49,907 nt of DNA from an uncultured bacterium (lineage in GTDB: Bacteria; Patescibacteriota; Minisyncoccia; Phycocordibacterales; CAIRYW01): NCBI GenBank assembly GCA_963766885.1, contig CAVYBO010000002.1, positions 241,141-291,047 of the forward strand, read 5' to 3'. The position numbers and the translations under genes were made by a program. The notes below the pieces were generated by a model. It had not been told where the DNA came from. It saw only the letters and a list, made by a program, of their open reading frames with translations, and ran no database searches. How positions within the stretch are numbered: the stretch's first letter is position 1; every line of letters begins with the position of its first letter. Of the stretch, positions 29,965 through 38,357 are shown one piece after another.

Positions 29965-30747
29965 TTACAAGTTTGAAAGCGGTAAATAAATTCTCGGCGC
30001 TCCATATGGTCTTGAGCCGAGCTGATATTCCTTGAACTGCAAAACCAGATTGTCATTTGAAATCATAAAAACATTGAAATTGTCGGTGCTCGGCGCAAGT
30101 CCGGTATTGTTATCCAAAAAACTGACGTCTGCATTTCCTTGCGCTGAATAATAATTTTTAAGCGCAGATGTTGAATCCTCTGATATTGCGTTCAGATAAT
30201 TTGGATCAGTGAAGAAGCTGTTAAGATTCTTGGAACTTCCATTAGAAATACTAAAAGTCTCTGATTCATAATCAGTAAAAGGATGCGCCAAAAGCCCTCC
30301 GTCAACTTCAGTTGAATACAAAATGCTTACTGTGTTGAATTTTGTGGACGTCGTCGCTTCGGCCAAGATTGTGATGTTTAGCATTGGCGGCGAAAACGGC
30401 AACGTGCTTGTTCCTGTCGAAGTGGCAATTGCCGTATCCTGATATTCTATGGATTGAATTTTTGATTGGATCTGAGAATCAATTCCTGCAGTGACGTTAT
30501 TAAAGGAAGTGTCCAAAACAGGATAAGTCGCGCTGAATTGCCAAAGACCTTTTGTATCTTTGTCCGAAATAGTTTTCCAAGAAACGCTTGGAGTAGCCGA
30601 TTGCTGCTCGGATGAAGTTTTATTTGTCGGAGCGCTGGCCCCTTGGTTGAACATTCCAAAAATATCCGCCAGATAATGCGGATTTATTGCAAATATGACT
30701 ATAACAAACAAAAGAATTGCTAAAAGATACGGAAGGATTTTTTTCAT
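29965..30747 (-). CDS. Membrane-anchored secreted protein, DUF4163/DUF3298 (RsiV-like) architecture
   Basis: N-terminal anchor helix. S/T-rich body and C-terminal pattern LVLQFKEYQLGSRPYGAPRIYLP. Confidence 0.5.
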   Translation of the reverse strand: MKKILPYLLAILLFVIVIFAINPHYLADIFGMFNQGASAPTNKTSSEQQSATPSVSWKTISDKDTKGLWQFSATYPVLDTSFNNVTAGIDSQIQSKIQSIEYQDTAIATSTGTSTLPFSPPMLNITILAEATTSTKFNTVSILYSTEVDGGLLAHPFTDYESETFSISNGSSKNLNSFFTDPNYLNAISEDSTSALKNYYSAQGNADVSFLDNNTGLAPSTDNFNVFMISNDNLVLQFKEYQLGSRPYGAPRIYLPLSNL

Positions 30748-30778
30748 AAAAATATTATAACATGCTAATCTTTATTCC

Positions 30779-31423
30779 ATGGATAACCTAAAAAAAGAAT
30801 TAATTTCGGCTAATTTGGATCTTGATGATAAAAAAATCGTCCTTCTTTCTAAATTTAAAGATTTGGTTCTTGAAAAAAACAAAGTCCTGAATCTAACGGC
30901 AATAACAGATGAAAAGAGTTTTATCTTAAAACATATTATTGATTCCTTATCCGTCCTCCAAGCCATCCACAAAGATGCAAAAAATTTGATAGATATAGGC
31001 ACGGGGGCAGGATTTCCTGGAATTCCACTCAAAATTGCAAGACCAGAAATAAATGTTACATTGCTTGATTCATCCAAAAAGAAAATATCTTTTTTGAACG
31101 AAGCCATAGGCGCGCTTTGTCTCAAAAATATTTCCTCCGTGGCCGAGCGCGCCGAAGCACTTAACAAAGACAGGAAATTTTATGGAAAGTTTGATGTCGC
31201 TGTTGCCAGAGCGGTAGCATTTCTTCCAGTGCTTTGCGAATACTGTCTGCCATTCGTAAAAGTCGGCGGAATATTCATTGCCCAAAAATCCAAAAATGAT
31301 GATGAAATAAAAGCTTCGGAAGAAGCAATCCAACAATTCGGCGGAAAAATAAAAGAAATCATTCCCATAAAAATTTCGGATCTTTCAGAAAGATGTCTTG
31401 TAGTGATTGAAAAAATTTCTTAA
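30779..31423 (+). CDS. rsmG: 16S rRNA (guanine527-N7)-methyltransferase RsmG
   Basis: SAM motif LIDIGTGAGFPGIPLKI. 214 aa. Confidence 0.88.
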   Translation: MDNLKKELISANLDLDDKKIVLLSKFKDLVLEKNKVLNLTAITDEKSFILKHIIDSLSVLQAIHKDAKNLIDIGTGAGFPGIPLKIARPEINVTLLDSSKKKISFLNEAIGALCLKNISSVAERAEALNKDRKFYGKFDVAVARAVAFLPVLCEYCLPFVKVGGIFIAQKSKNDDEIKASEEAIQQFGGKIKEIIPIKISDLSERCLVVIEKIS

Positions 31424-31427
31424 CTAT

Positions 31428-33116
31428 TTACGCTTCTCTTTTTTCTAATCTGGAAAGATGCAAGTTTCTTTCTTTCTCAAAACCGTCCGTATCAAAATAG
31501 TATTTTTCTATCATTTTTGAAGCCTGATGAGCGCCAAGATAGTGCGGCATGACAACGTAAGTGGCTCCCGCAAGATACAATTTCTTGGCTTCTTCAATAT
31601 TGTTGCTGATTAAAATTACTATGCCTGATAAATTCTCTTCTCTGTACTTTCGGATGATCAGGTGATTGGTCTTGAAATCAGGAATTGTAGAAACAATAAG
31701 CCGAACATTTTGAAAATTAAGCTCTCTTAGAAACTCCACATCGTCCGCATCCCCAAATTTAAATGGTATATTTTTTTCTTGAAGTCTTTTTACGGCAGCA
31801 GGATTAAAGTCCACCGCCACAAAATTGGCCCCTATGTGCTTGGCCGAAAGGGCAAAATCCTCTCCCACCCGATGAAACCCAAAAATAATCATCTCGTAAT
31901 CGCCGTGGTGCCCTACCCGCTCCCTTTTGGCGCCTTTTCTGATTTCAAAAAGCAAAACTAAATTTTTAATATTATGATAAATTTCATCAGAATAAAAAAT
32001 AAGGTACGAGGAAACGGCGATTGTAAAGATGCCAACCAAAGTGATGATTTGAACCAAACTATTATTAACTCGTCCCATTGACGCGCCAAGAGCAATCAAA
32101 ATCAAAGAAAATTCGCCTATCTGTGTTGCCGTCATAGCCACCATAAATCCTGTACGGCTTCTGAAGCCGAGCAAATTCATTGTTACAAAAACAATTACTG
32201 GATTTACAATCAAAACAAAAAATGAAATAACAGAAGCAGAATAGAATACCGTTTCAAAGTTTCCATCTATGGCAATTTTGGAACCAAGGAGCACAAAGAA
32301 AAGCACCAAGAAAAAATCTCGCAGCGGCTTGAGCCTGGAAACAATTTCTTCAGAAAACGGAGAAACCGCAAACGCCGCGCCGGCAAGTAAAGCTCCGATA
32401 TCCATTGAAAGTCCAAGCAAATAAAATACTGAAGAGAGTCCGAGTCCCCAGGCAATTGAAAAAAGAAACAAAAGCTCAGGAGAAGTTGCAAAAAAACTAG
32501 AGAGTTTCGGCAGAAAATACTTGCTTATGAGGAAAAGACACAAAAACACTATAGCACCTTTTAAAATCAATCCGAGAATAATATTACCGGCGTCGAATGA
32601 TGAAAAATCTTTTATATTGAGGGACGCTATAATCAAAAGCAGACCAGCAACCAGGTCTTCAACCAGAAGCATCCCAACCACGATTTTGCCATACAGCTTG
32701 TCTAAGCTTTTTTTATCGGAAAGAATTTTTAAAACAATAATCGTGCTGGAAAACGCAAGTGCCGCTCCGCCATAAGCGGCAGAAACAGCGTCAAAGCCAA
32801 AAAGCCTTATGATAAAAAACCCAATAACTGAAGTAAAAACCGCCTGAGTAATTGCGACTAGCGCGGAAGTCTCGCCCACTTCTTTGATAATTTCAGGATT
32901 GAGATTTATTCCTACAATAAACAACAGGATTGCAATGCCGATATTTGAAAAAAGCTGCAGCTCTGAAGTGGAATGCAAGATATTAAGCGCATACGGGCCG
33001 GCAATTATGCCAGTGATTATGTAGCCGATAATGAGCGGCTGACGTAAAAGCTTCATCAGCCCCGCAAAAAATATTGCCAAGATTATAATAAAGCTAAGTT
33101 CAATAAATACATCCAT
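31428..33116 (-). CDS. Kef-type cation:proton antiporter with a C-terminal RCK/TrkA-N domain
   Basis: About 12 TM helices (Na+/H+ exchanger family), followed by MIIFGFHRVGEDFA, a Rossmann-like RCK domain. Confidence 0.85.
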   Translation of the reverse strand: MDVFIELSFIIILAIFFAGLMKLLRQPLIIGYIITGIIAGPYALNILHSTSELQLFSNIGIAILLFIVGINLNPEIIKEVGETSALVAITQAVFTSVIGFFIIRLFGFDAVSAAYGGAALAFSSTIIVLKILSDKKSLDKLYGKIVVGMLLVEDLVAGLLLIIASLNIKDFSSFDAGNIILGLILKGAIVFLCLFLISKYFLPKLSSFFATSPELLFLFSIAWGLGLSSVFYLLGLSMDIGALLAGAAFAVSPFSEEIVSRLKPLRDFFLVLFFVLLGSKIAIDGNFETVFYSASVISFFVLIVNPVIVFVTMNLLGFRSRTGFMVAMTATQIGEFSLILIALGASMGRVNNSLVQIITLVGIFTIAVSSYLIFYSDEIYHNIKNLVLLFEIRKGAKRERVGHHGDYEMIIFGFHRVGEDFALSAKHIGANFVAVDFNPAAVKRLQEKNIPFKFGDADDVEFLRELNFQNVRLIVSTIPDFKTNHLIIRKYREENLSGIVILISNNIEEAKKLYLAGATYVVMPHYLGAHQASKMIEKYYFDTDGFEKERNLHLSRLEKREA

Positions 33117-33164
33117 TAAGAAAAATTATAACACAGCGTGTTTATTTTTTTCTACACAAACAAT

Positions 33165-33539
33165 CTACACAAACAAATATGCAAGAGCGGCGGCGAGGAT
33201 GGCGATGTTTTTCATGAAGTTCACTCTGTCGGACATGCGCGCCATTGGATCCTGAATCGTCCAAAAGTTGTGCATAGTGAAGGTAACCGGGACAAGAAAA
33301 AGTATTATAAGAATAACTCCGATGTCCTTCAGAGAAACTGGCAGAACCGAAGCAAACATTATAAATAGGCCGCCGATAATTATCATGGCGCCGCTGAGTG
33401 CCACCGCTAGCTTTGGAGAAGGCACATGCTTTGAGGCCGAATAGCCCGCCATCATATTAAGGTGTGTAAAATGATTAATACCGCCCATTACAAAGTATCC
33501 GCCAAAAATTACCTCGCTTAAAATTAATATATATTGCAT
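33165..33539 (-). CDS. DoxX-family membrane protein
   Basis: 124 aa with four hydrophobic helices and N-terminal GGYFVMGGINHF. Confidence 0.65.
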   Translation of the reverse strand: MQYILILSEVIFGGYFVMGGINHFTHLNMMAGYSASKHVPSPKLAVALSGAMIIIGGLFIMFASVLPVSLKDIGVILIILFLVPVTFTMHNFWTIQDPMARMSDRVNFMKNIAILAAALAYLFV

Positions 33540-33587
33540 AATATTTGAATTAATTCTGATAAGAAGTTAACCTTAATATTATACTCC

Positions 33588-33767
33588 TTAATTTATCCTT
33601 TCTCCAAGCTTGTACGCAGCCCAAATTCCAAGCACAGCAAAAACGGAACTCCAAAATAATGAGGAAATAGAAAAAATAGAACTGTCACCACCCCAAAGAT
33701 ACGGGACAAAGCTGCCGACAGTTGAGCCGACAGCCATTCCCATCCAAACTAAACTCTTGGTGCTCAT
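33588..33767 (-). CDS. Small two-helix membrane protein (59 aa; below the cutoff of the supplied ORF track)
   Basis: Hand translation gives MSTKSLVWMGMAVGSTVGSFVPYLWGGDSSIFSISSLFWSSVFAVLGIWAAYKLGERIN. The ATG is 5 nt after the stop of the upstream SHOCT gene. The ORF fills an otherwise empty gap. Confidence 0.4.
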   Translation of the reverse strand: MSTKSLVWMGMAVGSTVGSFVPYLWGGDSSIFSISSLFWSSVFAVLGIWAAYKLGERIN

Positions 33768-33771
33768 TCGC

Positions 33772-34041
33772 TTATACCTCTAGATCCTTCTTTTTTTCTT
33801 CAAATTCTTTCTTGTCTATTTCGCCTTTAGCATATCTTTCTTTTAGAATCTGAAGCGCTGAATCGCGGTGAAAATCGTGCATTCCGTGCCAACGGCCGTG
33901 CCTTCCTCTGCCAACGAGAGCCCTGACAATTACAATAACCAGAGAAATAACAAGCGCCCAAAATATAATAGTTAACAGAAGCCCAAGTAATCCAAGGCCT
34001 AATCCACTGACTCCTCCTCCATAATAATAGTGTCCCATCAT
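33772..34041 (-). CDS. SHOCT-domain membrane protein
   Basis: Gly-rich N-terminus plus a TM helix, then a SHOCT motif LQILKERYAKGEIDKKEFEEKKKDL. Confidence 0.7.
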   Translation of the reverse strand: MMGHYYYGGGVSGLGLGLLGLLLTIIFWALVISLVIVIVRALVGRGRHGRWHGMHDFHRDSALQILKERYAKGEIDKKEFEEKKKDLEV

Positions 34042-34111
34042 AGTATTTTTATTATTATCTTATAAATTGTATTCTCAGTTAATTATACTAAATTATCGGC
34101 AAAATTGGTGC

Positions 34112-34966
34112 TTAGCTGTTATAAACCAGCAATTTTTCTTTTACTAGGTTTTTGACAGCTTCTACTGCTGGTTCGGCATATTTATAGGCCGCAACTTCTT
34201 CAGTTGTATCGATGCTTTTTTTCAAAGCATTTTTATATGCCACCCTGATTTCGGTATTAATGTGTACAATTGCAACACCGTTCAAAATTGCATTGTGAAC
34301 ATCCTCGGCGTTGTTTCCAGAGGCGCCGTGAAGTACAAGTGGAATGCCTGTGATTTCGCTTATCTCTTTTACCCTTTCAATATTAAGCCTGGGATCCGGC
34401 ATATCTTTGAGCATGCCGTGGATATTGCCAACAGCCGGCGCAAACAGGTTGATTCCTGTTTCTTTGACAAACCTTACTGCATCCTCCGCGGTCGTAAGCA
34501 TTTTATCTCCCACTGCCGCACCTTCTGGAATTGAATCCAAAAGTTTAGAAGACTGTCCGATGTAGCCAAGTTCTCCTTCAAGCAAAACCTCCGGCCTATT
34601 TGATTTCACATATTCAACACACTGTTTGGTTATTTTTATATTCTCATCAAGAGAAAGCTTGGCTCCGTCATAGATAACGGAATCGAAACCAGCGTCAATC
34701 GCTTCTTTGACTCTTTCAAAAGAATAGGTGTGATCCGCGTTTAGGAAAATCTGCATTCCTTGATCTTTGTAGCTTCTAACCAGCGCCACAGATTGCTTAA
34801 CACCAATAAAATCCCGCTCACCCTCAGAAACTCCGATAATTACAGGCAATTTCAATTCCATAGCAGCTTCCACGATTCCCTTAAGCGTTTCAAGGTTGGA
34901 AATATTAAAGTGCCCAATTGCTTTTTTCTCAGATTTTGCTTTTTGTATAAGTTCAATTAATTTCAT
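34112..34966 (-). CDS. fba: Class II fructose-bisphosphate aldolase
   Basis: KAIGHFNISNLE, LNADHT and VLHGASG motifs. 284 aa. Confidence 0.9.
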   Translation of the reverse strand: MKLIELIQKAKSEKKAIGHFNISNLETLKGIVEAAMELKLPVIIGVSEGERDFIGVKQSVALVRSYKDQGMQIFLNADHTYSFERVKEAIDAGFDSVIYDGAKLSLDENIKITKQCVEYVKSNRPEVLLEGELGYIGQSSKLLDSIPEGAAVGDKMLTTAEDAVRFVKETGINLFAPAVGNIHGMLKDMPDPRLNIERVKEISEITGIPLVLHGASGNNAEDVHNAILNGVAIVHINTEIRVAYKNALKKSIDTTEEVAAYKYAEPAVEAVKNLVKEKLLVYNS

Positions 34967-35031
34967 ACTTAAATTCTAGCATAAATACCCTCTTGATAAA
35001 TAGAAAAGAAAGAGTAACATCTAAATAAATT

Positions 35032-35241
35032 ATGCGATTGTTCTCTAAAAAGCCTACTCCGGAACATTGGGACGAGACTGAAAAGGATATGCCTACACCA
35101 GTATATTTTATCCTACTGGCCTTAATGGGGCTGTTCTTTTCTTTCATCAACTTAATCGACAAAATCAAGACCGTAGTCATAAACTTTCGGCAAAGTGGCC
35201 GGAAGCTCAAGAAACACGCCCTGTGGGGTGGTGAACGCTAA
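35032..35241 (+). CDS. Possible small membrane protein (69 aa)
   Basis: ORF with one hydrophobic helix (VYFILLALMGLFFSFINLI). Its stop codon lies inside an intrinsic terminator hairpin. Confidence 0.3.
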   Translation: MRLFSKKPTPEHWDETEKDMPTPVYFILLALMGLFFSFINLIDKIKTVVINFRQSGRKLKKHALWGGER

Positions 35242-35267
35242 GCGAAATACGCTTAGCAATTTTTTTA
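35237..35267 (+). terminator. Intrinsic terminator
   Basis: Stem gctaagcg/cgcttagc with loop aaata, followed by aattttttt. Confidence 0.6.
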
Positions 35268-35293
35268 TTCTAAAAATAATATATAATAGTTGA

Positions 35294-36310
35294 ATGTTTA
35301 ATTTCAAAAAATACGATCTGGTTGCAATCGGCGACACTGTTACTGATGCTTTTATCCGCCTAATCGAAGCACACCTAAATTGCAAAATAAATAACGAAGC
35401 CTGCGAAATATGCATGAAATTCGGAGACAAGATTCCATACGAACTTGTGGAGATCTGTCCTGCTGTCGGCAATTCCGCAAATGCGGCTGTTTCCGCATCT
35501 CGCCTTGGACTAAGTGCTGCAATAGTCACTAATCTTGGAGAAGATCAAAATGGAACGGATGCACTTAGACAATTCAAAAAAGAAAACGTTGCCACAAAAT
35601 TCATCAAGACCAACAGAGGGATGAAAACAAATTATCATTACGTGCTTTGGTTTGAATCGGATAGGACAATCCTCATCAAACACGAAAAGTTTCCGTATGC
35701 TCTTTCCAAAATCAAAGCCAAATATATTTATTTGAGTTCTTTGGGTGAGCACTCTCTGTCGTTCCATAGCGACATTGCCAAATACCTGGAGCAAAACCCA
35801 GATGTAAAATTGGTTTTTCAACCGGGCACTTTCCAGATCAGATTCGGCAAGGAAGCGCTTACTGGAATTTACAAAAGAACAGAAATATTTTTTTGCAATG
35901 TCGAGGAAGCGGAAATTATTTTAGGCGTCGCTCCTCAAGAAAACAATGCATGGACCATCAAAGAATTAACCAGAAAAATCGGCGGCCTGGGGCCAAAAAT
36001 AGTCGTCCTTACAGACGGCCCCAAAGGCGCTTACGCTTATCAAAAAGAAACCGACACGCTTTATTTTATGCCTCCGTATCCCGACCCAAAGCTTCCATAT
36101 GAGCGCACCGGCGCTGGAGACGCTTTTGCCTCAACTTTCACCTGCGCAATAATCCAAGGCAAAAAAATCGAAGAAGCACTTATGTGGGCGCCGATTAATT
36201 CAATGAGTGTGGTCCAGCAAATCGGCGCACAAAAAGGCCTGCTCACTTTGCCACAACTATCCGAGTATTTGCGCAAATCTCCCCCCGACTACAAACCGAG
36301 GGTTGTATAG
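35294..36310 (+). CDS. PfkB-family carbohydrate kinase
   Basis: N-terminal DLVAIGDTVTD and C-terminal ATP-binding motif TGAGDAFASTF. Confidence 0.8.
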   Translation: MFNFKKYDLVAIGDTVTDAFIRLIEAHLNCKINNEACEICMKFGDKIPYELVEICPAVGNSANAAVSASRLGLSAAIVTNLGEDQNGTDALRQFKKENVATKFIKTNRGMKTNYHYVLWFESDRTILIKHEKFPYALSKIKAKYIYLSSLGEHSLSFHSDIAKYLEQNPDVKLVFQPGTFQIRFGKEALTGIYKRTEIFFCNVEEAEIILGVAPQENNAWTIKELTRKIGGLGPKIVVLTDGPKGAYAYQKETDTLYFMPPYPDPKLPYERTGAGDAFASTFTCAIIQGKKIEEALMWAPINSMSVVQQIGAQKGLLTLPQLSEYLRKSPPDYKPRVV

Positions 36311-36312
36311 TT

Positions 36313-36990
36313 TTACAAACTCTCCTGGCTTACATAATCAGCCTGAACTACATAACGGTCTTCTTTGGTTGAGCCGAGGAGATCGCAGGTTGAAATAGTG
36401 AGCATGTTTTGGGGCGCGGACAAATTTACTTCTTCTTTGTCAGCTTCAACCATTTGCTCAGTACGCACTTTGTAAATATATTTTGTGCTTGTTGAATAAA
36501 CATCAATCTCATCGCCGGCTTGCAAAGTATTGATATTGTTAAAAGTTCTGTATGCAGGATTGTGCACCACAGCCAATGTGCTGCTGTGTCCAAAAAGAAA
36601 CAAATTGCCAACTCCCAAATATCCGGAGCCCGGATATCGCACCGCGCCCTCTGTCAGATATTGATCAAGAATAGAATTATCCGTAGTGTTTGGATCAGAA
36701 ACGCTTATATCAACACCCGCATTTGGAATTACTATTTTTACTGGCAGAGGGCCGACTTTAGCAGGAGTATTGGTGTTAGTACTTAAGGGACTTTGCGTCT
36801 GAGAGTAAGTGTTATCCGTACCGGTATAAAGACCAAGCTTTACATAGTCCGCCGGAGCATTGCCTGATGAAATTTGATCAGGAACAAGACCCAAGCCGTA
36901 TAAAGCCAGAAAACTAGCAAGAAAGACTAAAGCAAAAATACATAGGAAATTAAAGTATTTTTTACTGGCTTTGCTTTGAAAATTTATCAT
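36313..36990 (-). CDS. Sortase-family transpeptidase
   Basis: Start taken at MINFQSK (36990), just before the TM anchor. Catalytic His context LFLFGHS and Cys motif LTISTCD. Confidence 0.8.
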   Translation of the reverse strand: MINFQSKASKKYFNFLCIFALVFLASFLALYGLGLVPDQISSGNAPADYVKLGLYTGTDNTYSQTQSPLSTNTNTPAKVGPLPVKIVIPNAGVDISVSDPNTTDNSILDQYLTEGAVRYPGSGYLGVGNLFLFGHSSTLAVVHNPAYRTFNNINTLQAGDEIDVYSTSTKYIYKVRTEQMVEADKEEVNLSAPQNMLTISTCDLLGSTKEDRYVVQADYVSQESL

Positions 36991-37119
36991 ATATTGCAAT
37001 ATTATAAAACAAAAATCCAATAATACCAAATCTATATTGACAAATACAATAAATAGTAATATAATTGTGAACAACTGCCGCTCTTGTCTGGGCAGAAAAG
37101 TTTCTATATAGTTAATCAA

Positions 37120-38346
37120 ATGACAGAAGATAAAAACAACATTCCCTATAATTTACCCACTGAGGATGAAGAAATCGTCATCCACGGCGATTCTACTGTG
37201 CCTGAGACAGACGTGTATTCTACTCATACGCAATCGTCTACCGCTACAGAACAGCACTCAACGCACTCTACTGATGAATCAGGAGGAAATGGCAAAGTTT
37301 TGAGGTACGCGCTTTTGGCGGGCTTTGTTATTATTCTTTTTATTATAAGTTTCGGCATAGTATCTTTTGTGCCTTCAATTATCTCCTCCGCTTCTTCTAC
37401 AGCTTCAGCATATCTTTTTGGAAGTCTTTTTTCATCAAAACCAAGTATCACAATTTCCTTCGATCAAGGCGAAGTTGGAACTGGACAGCCAGTGACCCTC
37501 TCTTGGGACACAAGCGCGGCAAGCTCAACTGGGCAGTTCACTTTGAGTTTCCCATGCACCACCGGGTTGACTGTTGCTGTTGCCGAATCAGGACAGTCAA
37601 TTGTTTGCGGTACATATTTTGCGATTGGAAATAGCGCCGGATCAATCAAAATCATTCCTACTTCAACAAACTCTGGACAAACCACACTTCCATTTAGCAT
37701 CAACTTTTTTCAAAACGGCTCGTCACAGCCAAAAATAACAAATTCTTCATCAATTATTGTTGACGGGCCAGGCATAACCCCTCCATCATCAGCAACAAGC
37801 ACTCAAACTAACAGCACTGATCAAAATAATACTTCTTCAACAGGATCTGGCACATACAGCTTTAGTAATTCAAATTCAACCAACACTTCTACAAGTTCCT
37901 CAAGCCCCCAGACAACCACTCCAAACGCTCCCGCAGCCGGCAAAAGTGATTTAGCAATCAGACTGGTAAGCGCAGGATACATGAGTCCAAACGGACAAGT
38001 TATAACCAATTCCGCTATTCCTGAAGGTTCAAGAGTAGTGCTTCAATTTGAAGTTTCAAACGTTGGCAGCGCGGCTTCAGGAAGCTGGTATCTAACTGGC
38101 ACCCTACCAACAACTGAAGCCGATGAAAGAAGCATAACCTCTCCGGCCGAACCAAATCTTAGGCCTGGAATTTCCTATCTGATGACTCTGGCCTTTGACG
38201 CTTTTGACCCAACACAAACAGAAACAGCACTGACAGTTAACTCATCAACCGACTCAAACCTATCAAACAACACTATGGTTTTAAGAATCGCTGAGAGCGG
38301 AACGAATTACAATTACTATAACAGTGGGACTTACAGCAGTTATTAA
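37120..38346 (+). CDS. N-terminally anchored S/T-rich surface protein with a CARDB-like C-terminal domain
   Basis: Start taken at MTEDKNN (37120). TM helix LLAGFVIILFIISFGIVSF. The block DLAIRLVSAGY...GSRVVLQFEVSNVGSAASGSWYL resembles CARDB. No C-terminal LPXTG sorting signal. Confidence 0.55.
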   Translation: MTEDKNNIPYNLPTEDEEIVIHGDSTVPETDVYSTHTQSSTATEQHSTHSTDESGGNGKVLRYALLAGFVIILFIISFGIVSFVPSIISSASSTASAYLFGSLFSSKPSITISFDQGEVGTGQPVTLSWDTSAASSTGQFTLSFPCTTGLTVAVAESGQSIVCGTYFAIGNSAGSIKIIPTSTNSGQTTLPFSINFFQNGSSQPKITNSSSIIVDGPGITPPSSATSTQTNSTDQNNTSSTGSGTYSFSNSNSTNTSTSSSSPQTTTPNAPAAGKSDLAIRLVSAGYMSPNGQVITNSAIPEGSRVVLQFEVSNVGSAASGSWYLTGTLPTTEADERSITSPAEPNLRPGISYLMTLAFDAFDPTQTETALTVNSSTDSNLSNNTMVLRIAESGTNYNYYNSGTYSSY

Positions 38347-38357
38347 GAATCTTTAAT

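Noticed and set aside
35152-35529. 125-aa minus-strand ORF spanning the fba-pfkB spacer and the pfkB 5' end
   Set aside because: It overlaps the well-supported PfkB kinase gene in antisense orientation, has no motif and crosses a terminator hairpin.
36991-37119. N-terminal 43-codon extension of the sortase ORF, and the 12-codon extension of the divergent surface-protein ORF (37084-37119)
   Set aside because: The extensions overlap each other on opposite strands in the divergent promoter region. The internal ATGs at 36990 and 37120 precede the TM anchors and give typical architectures.
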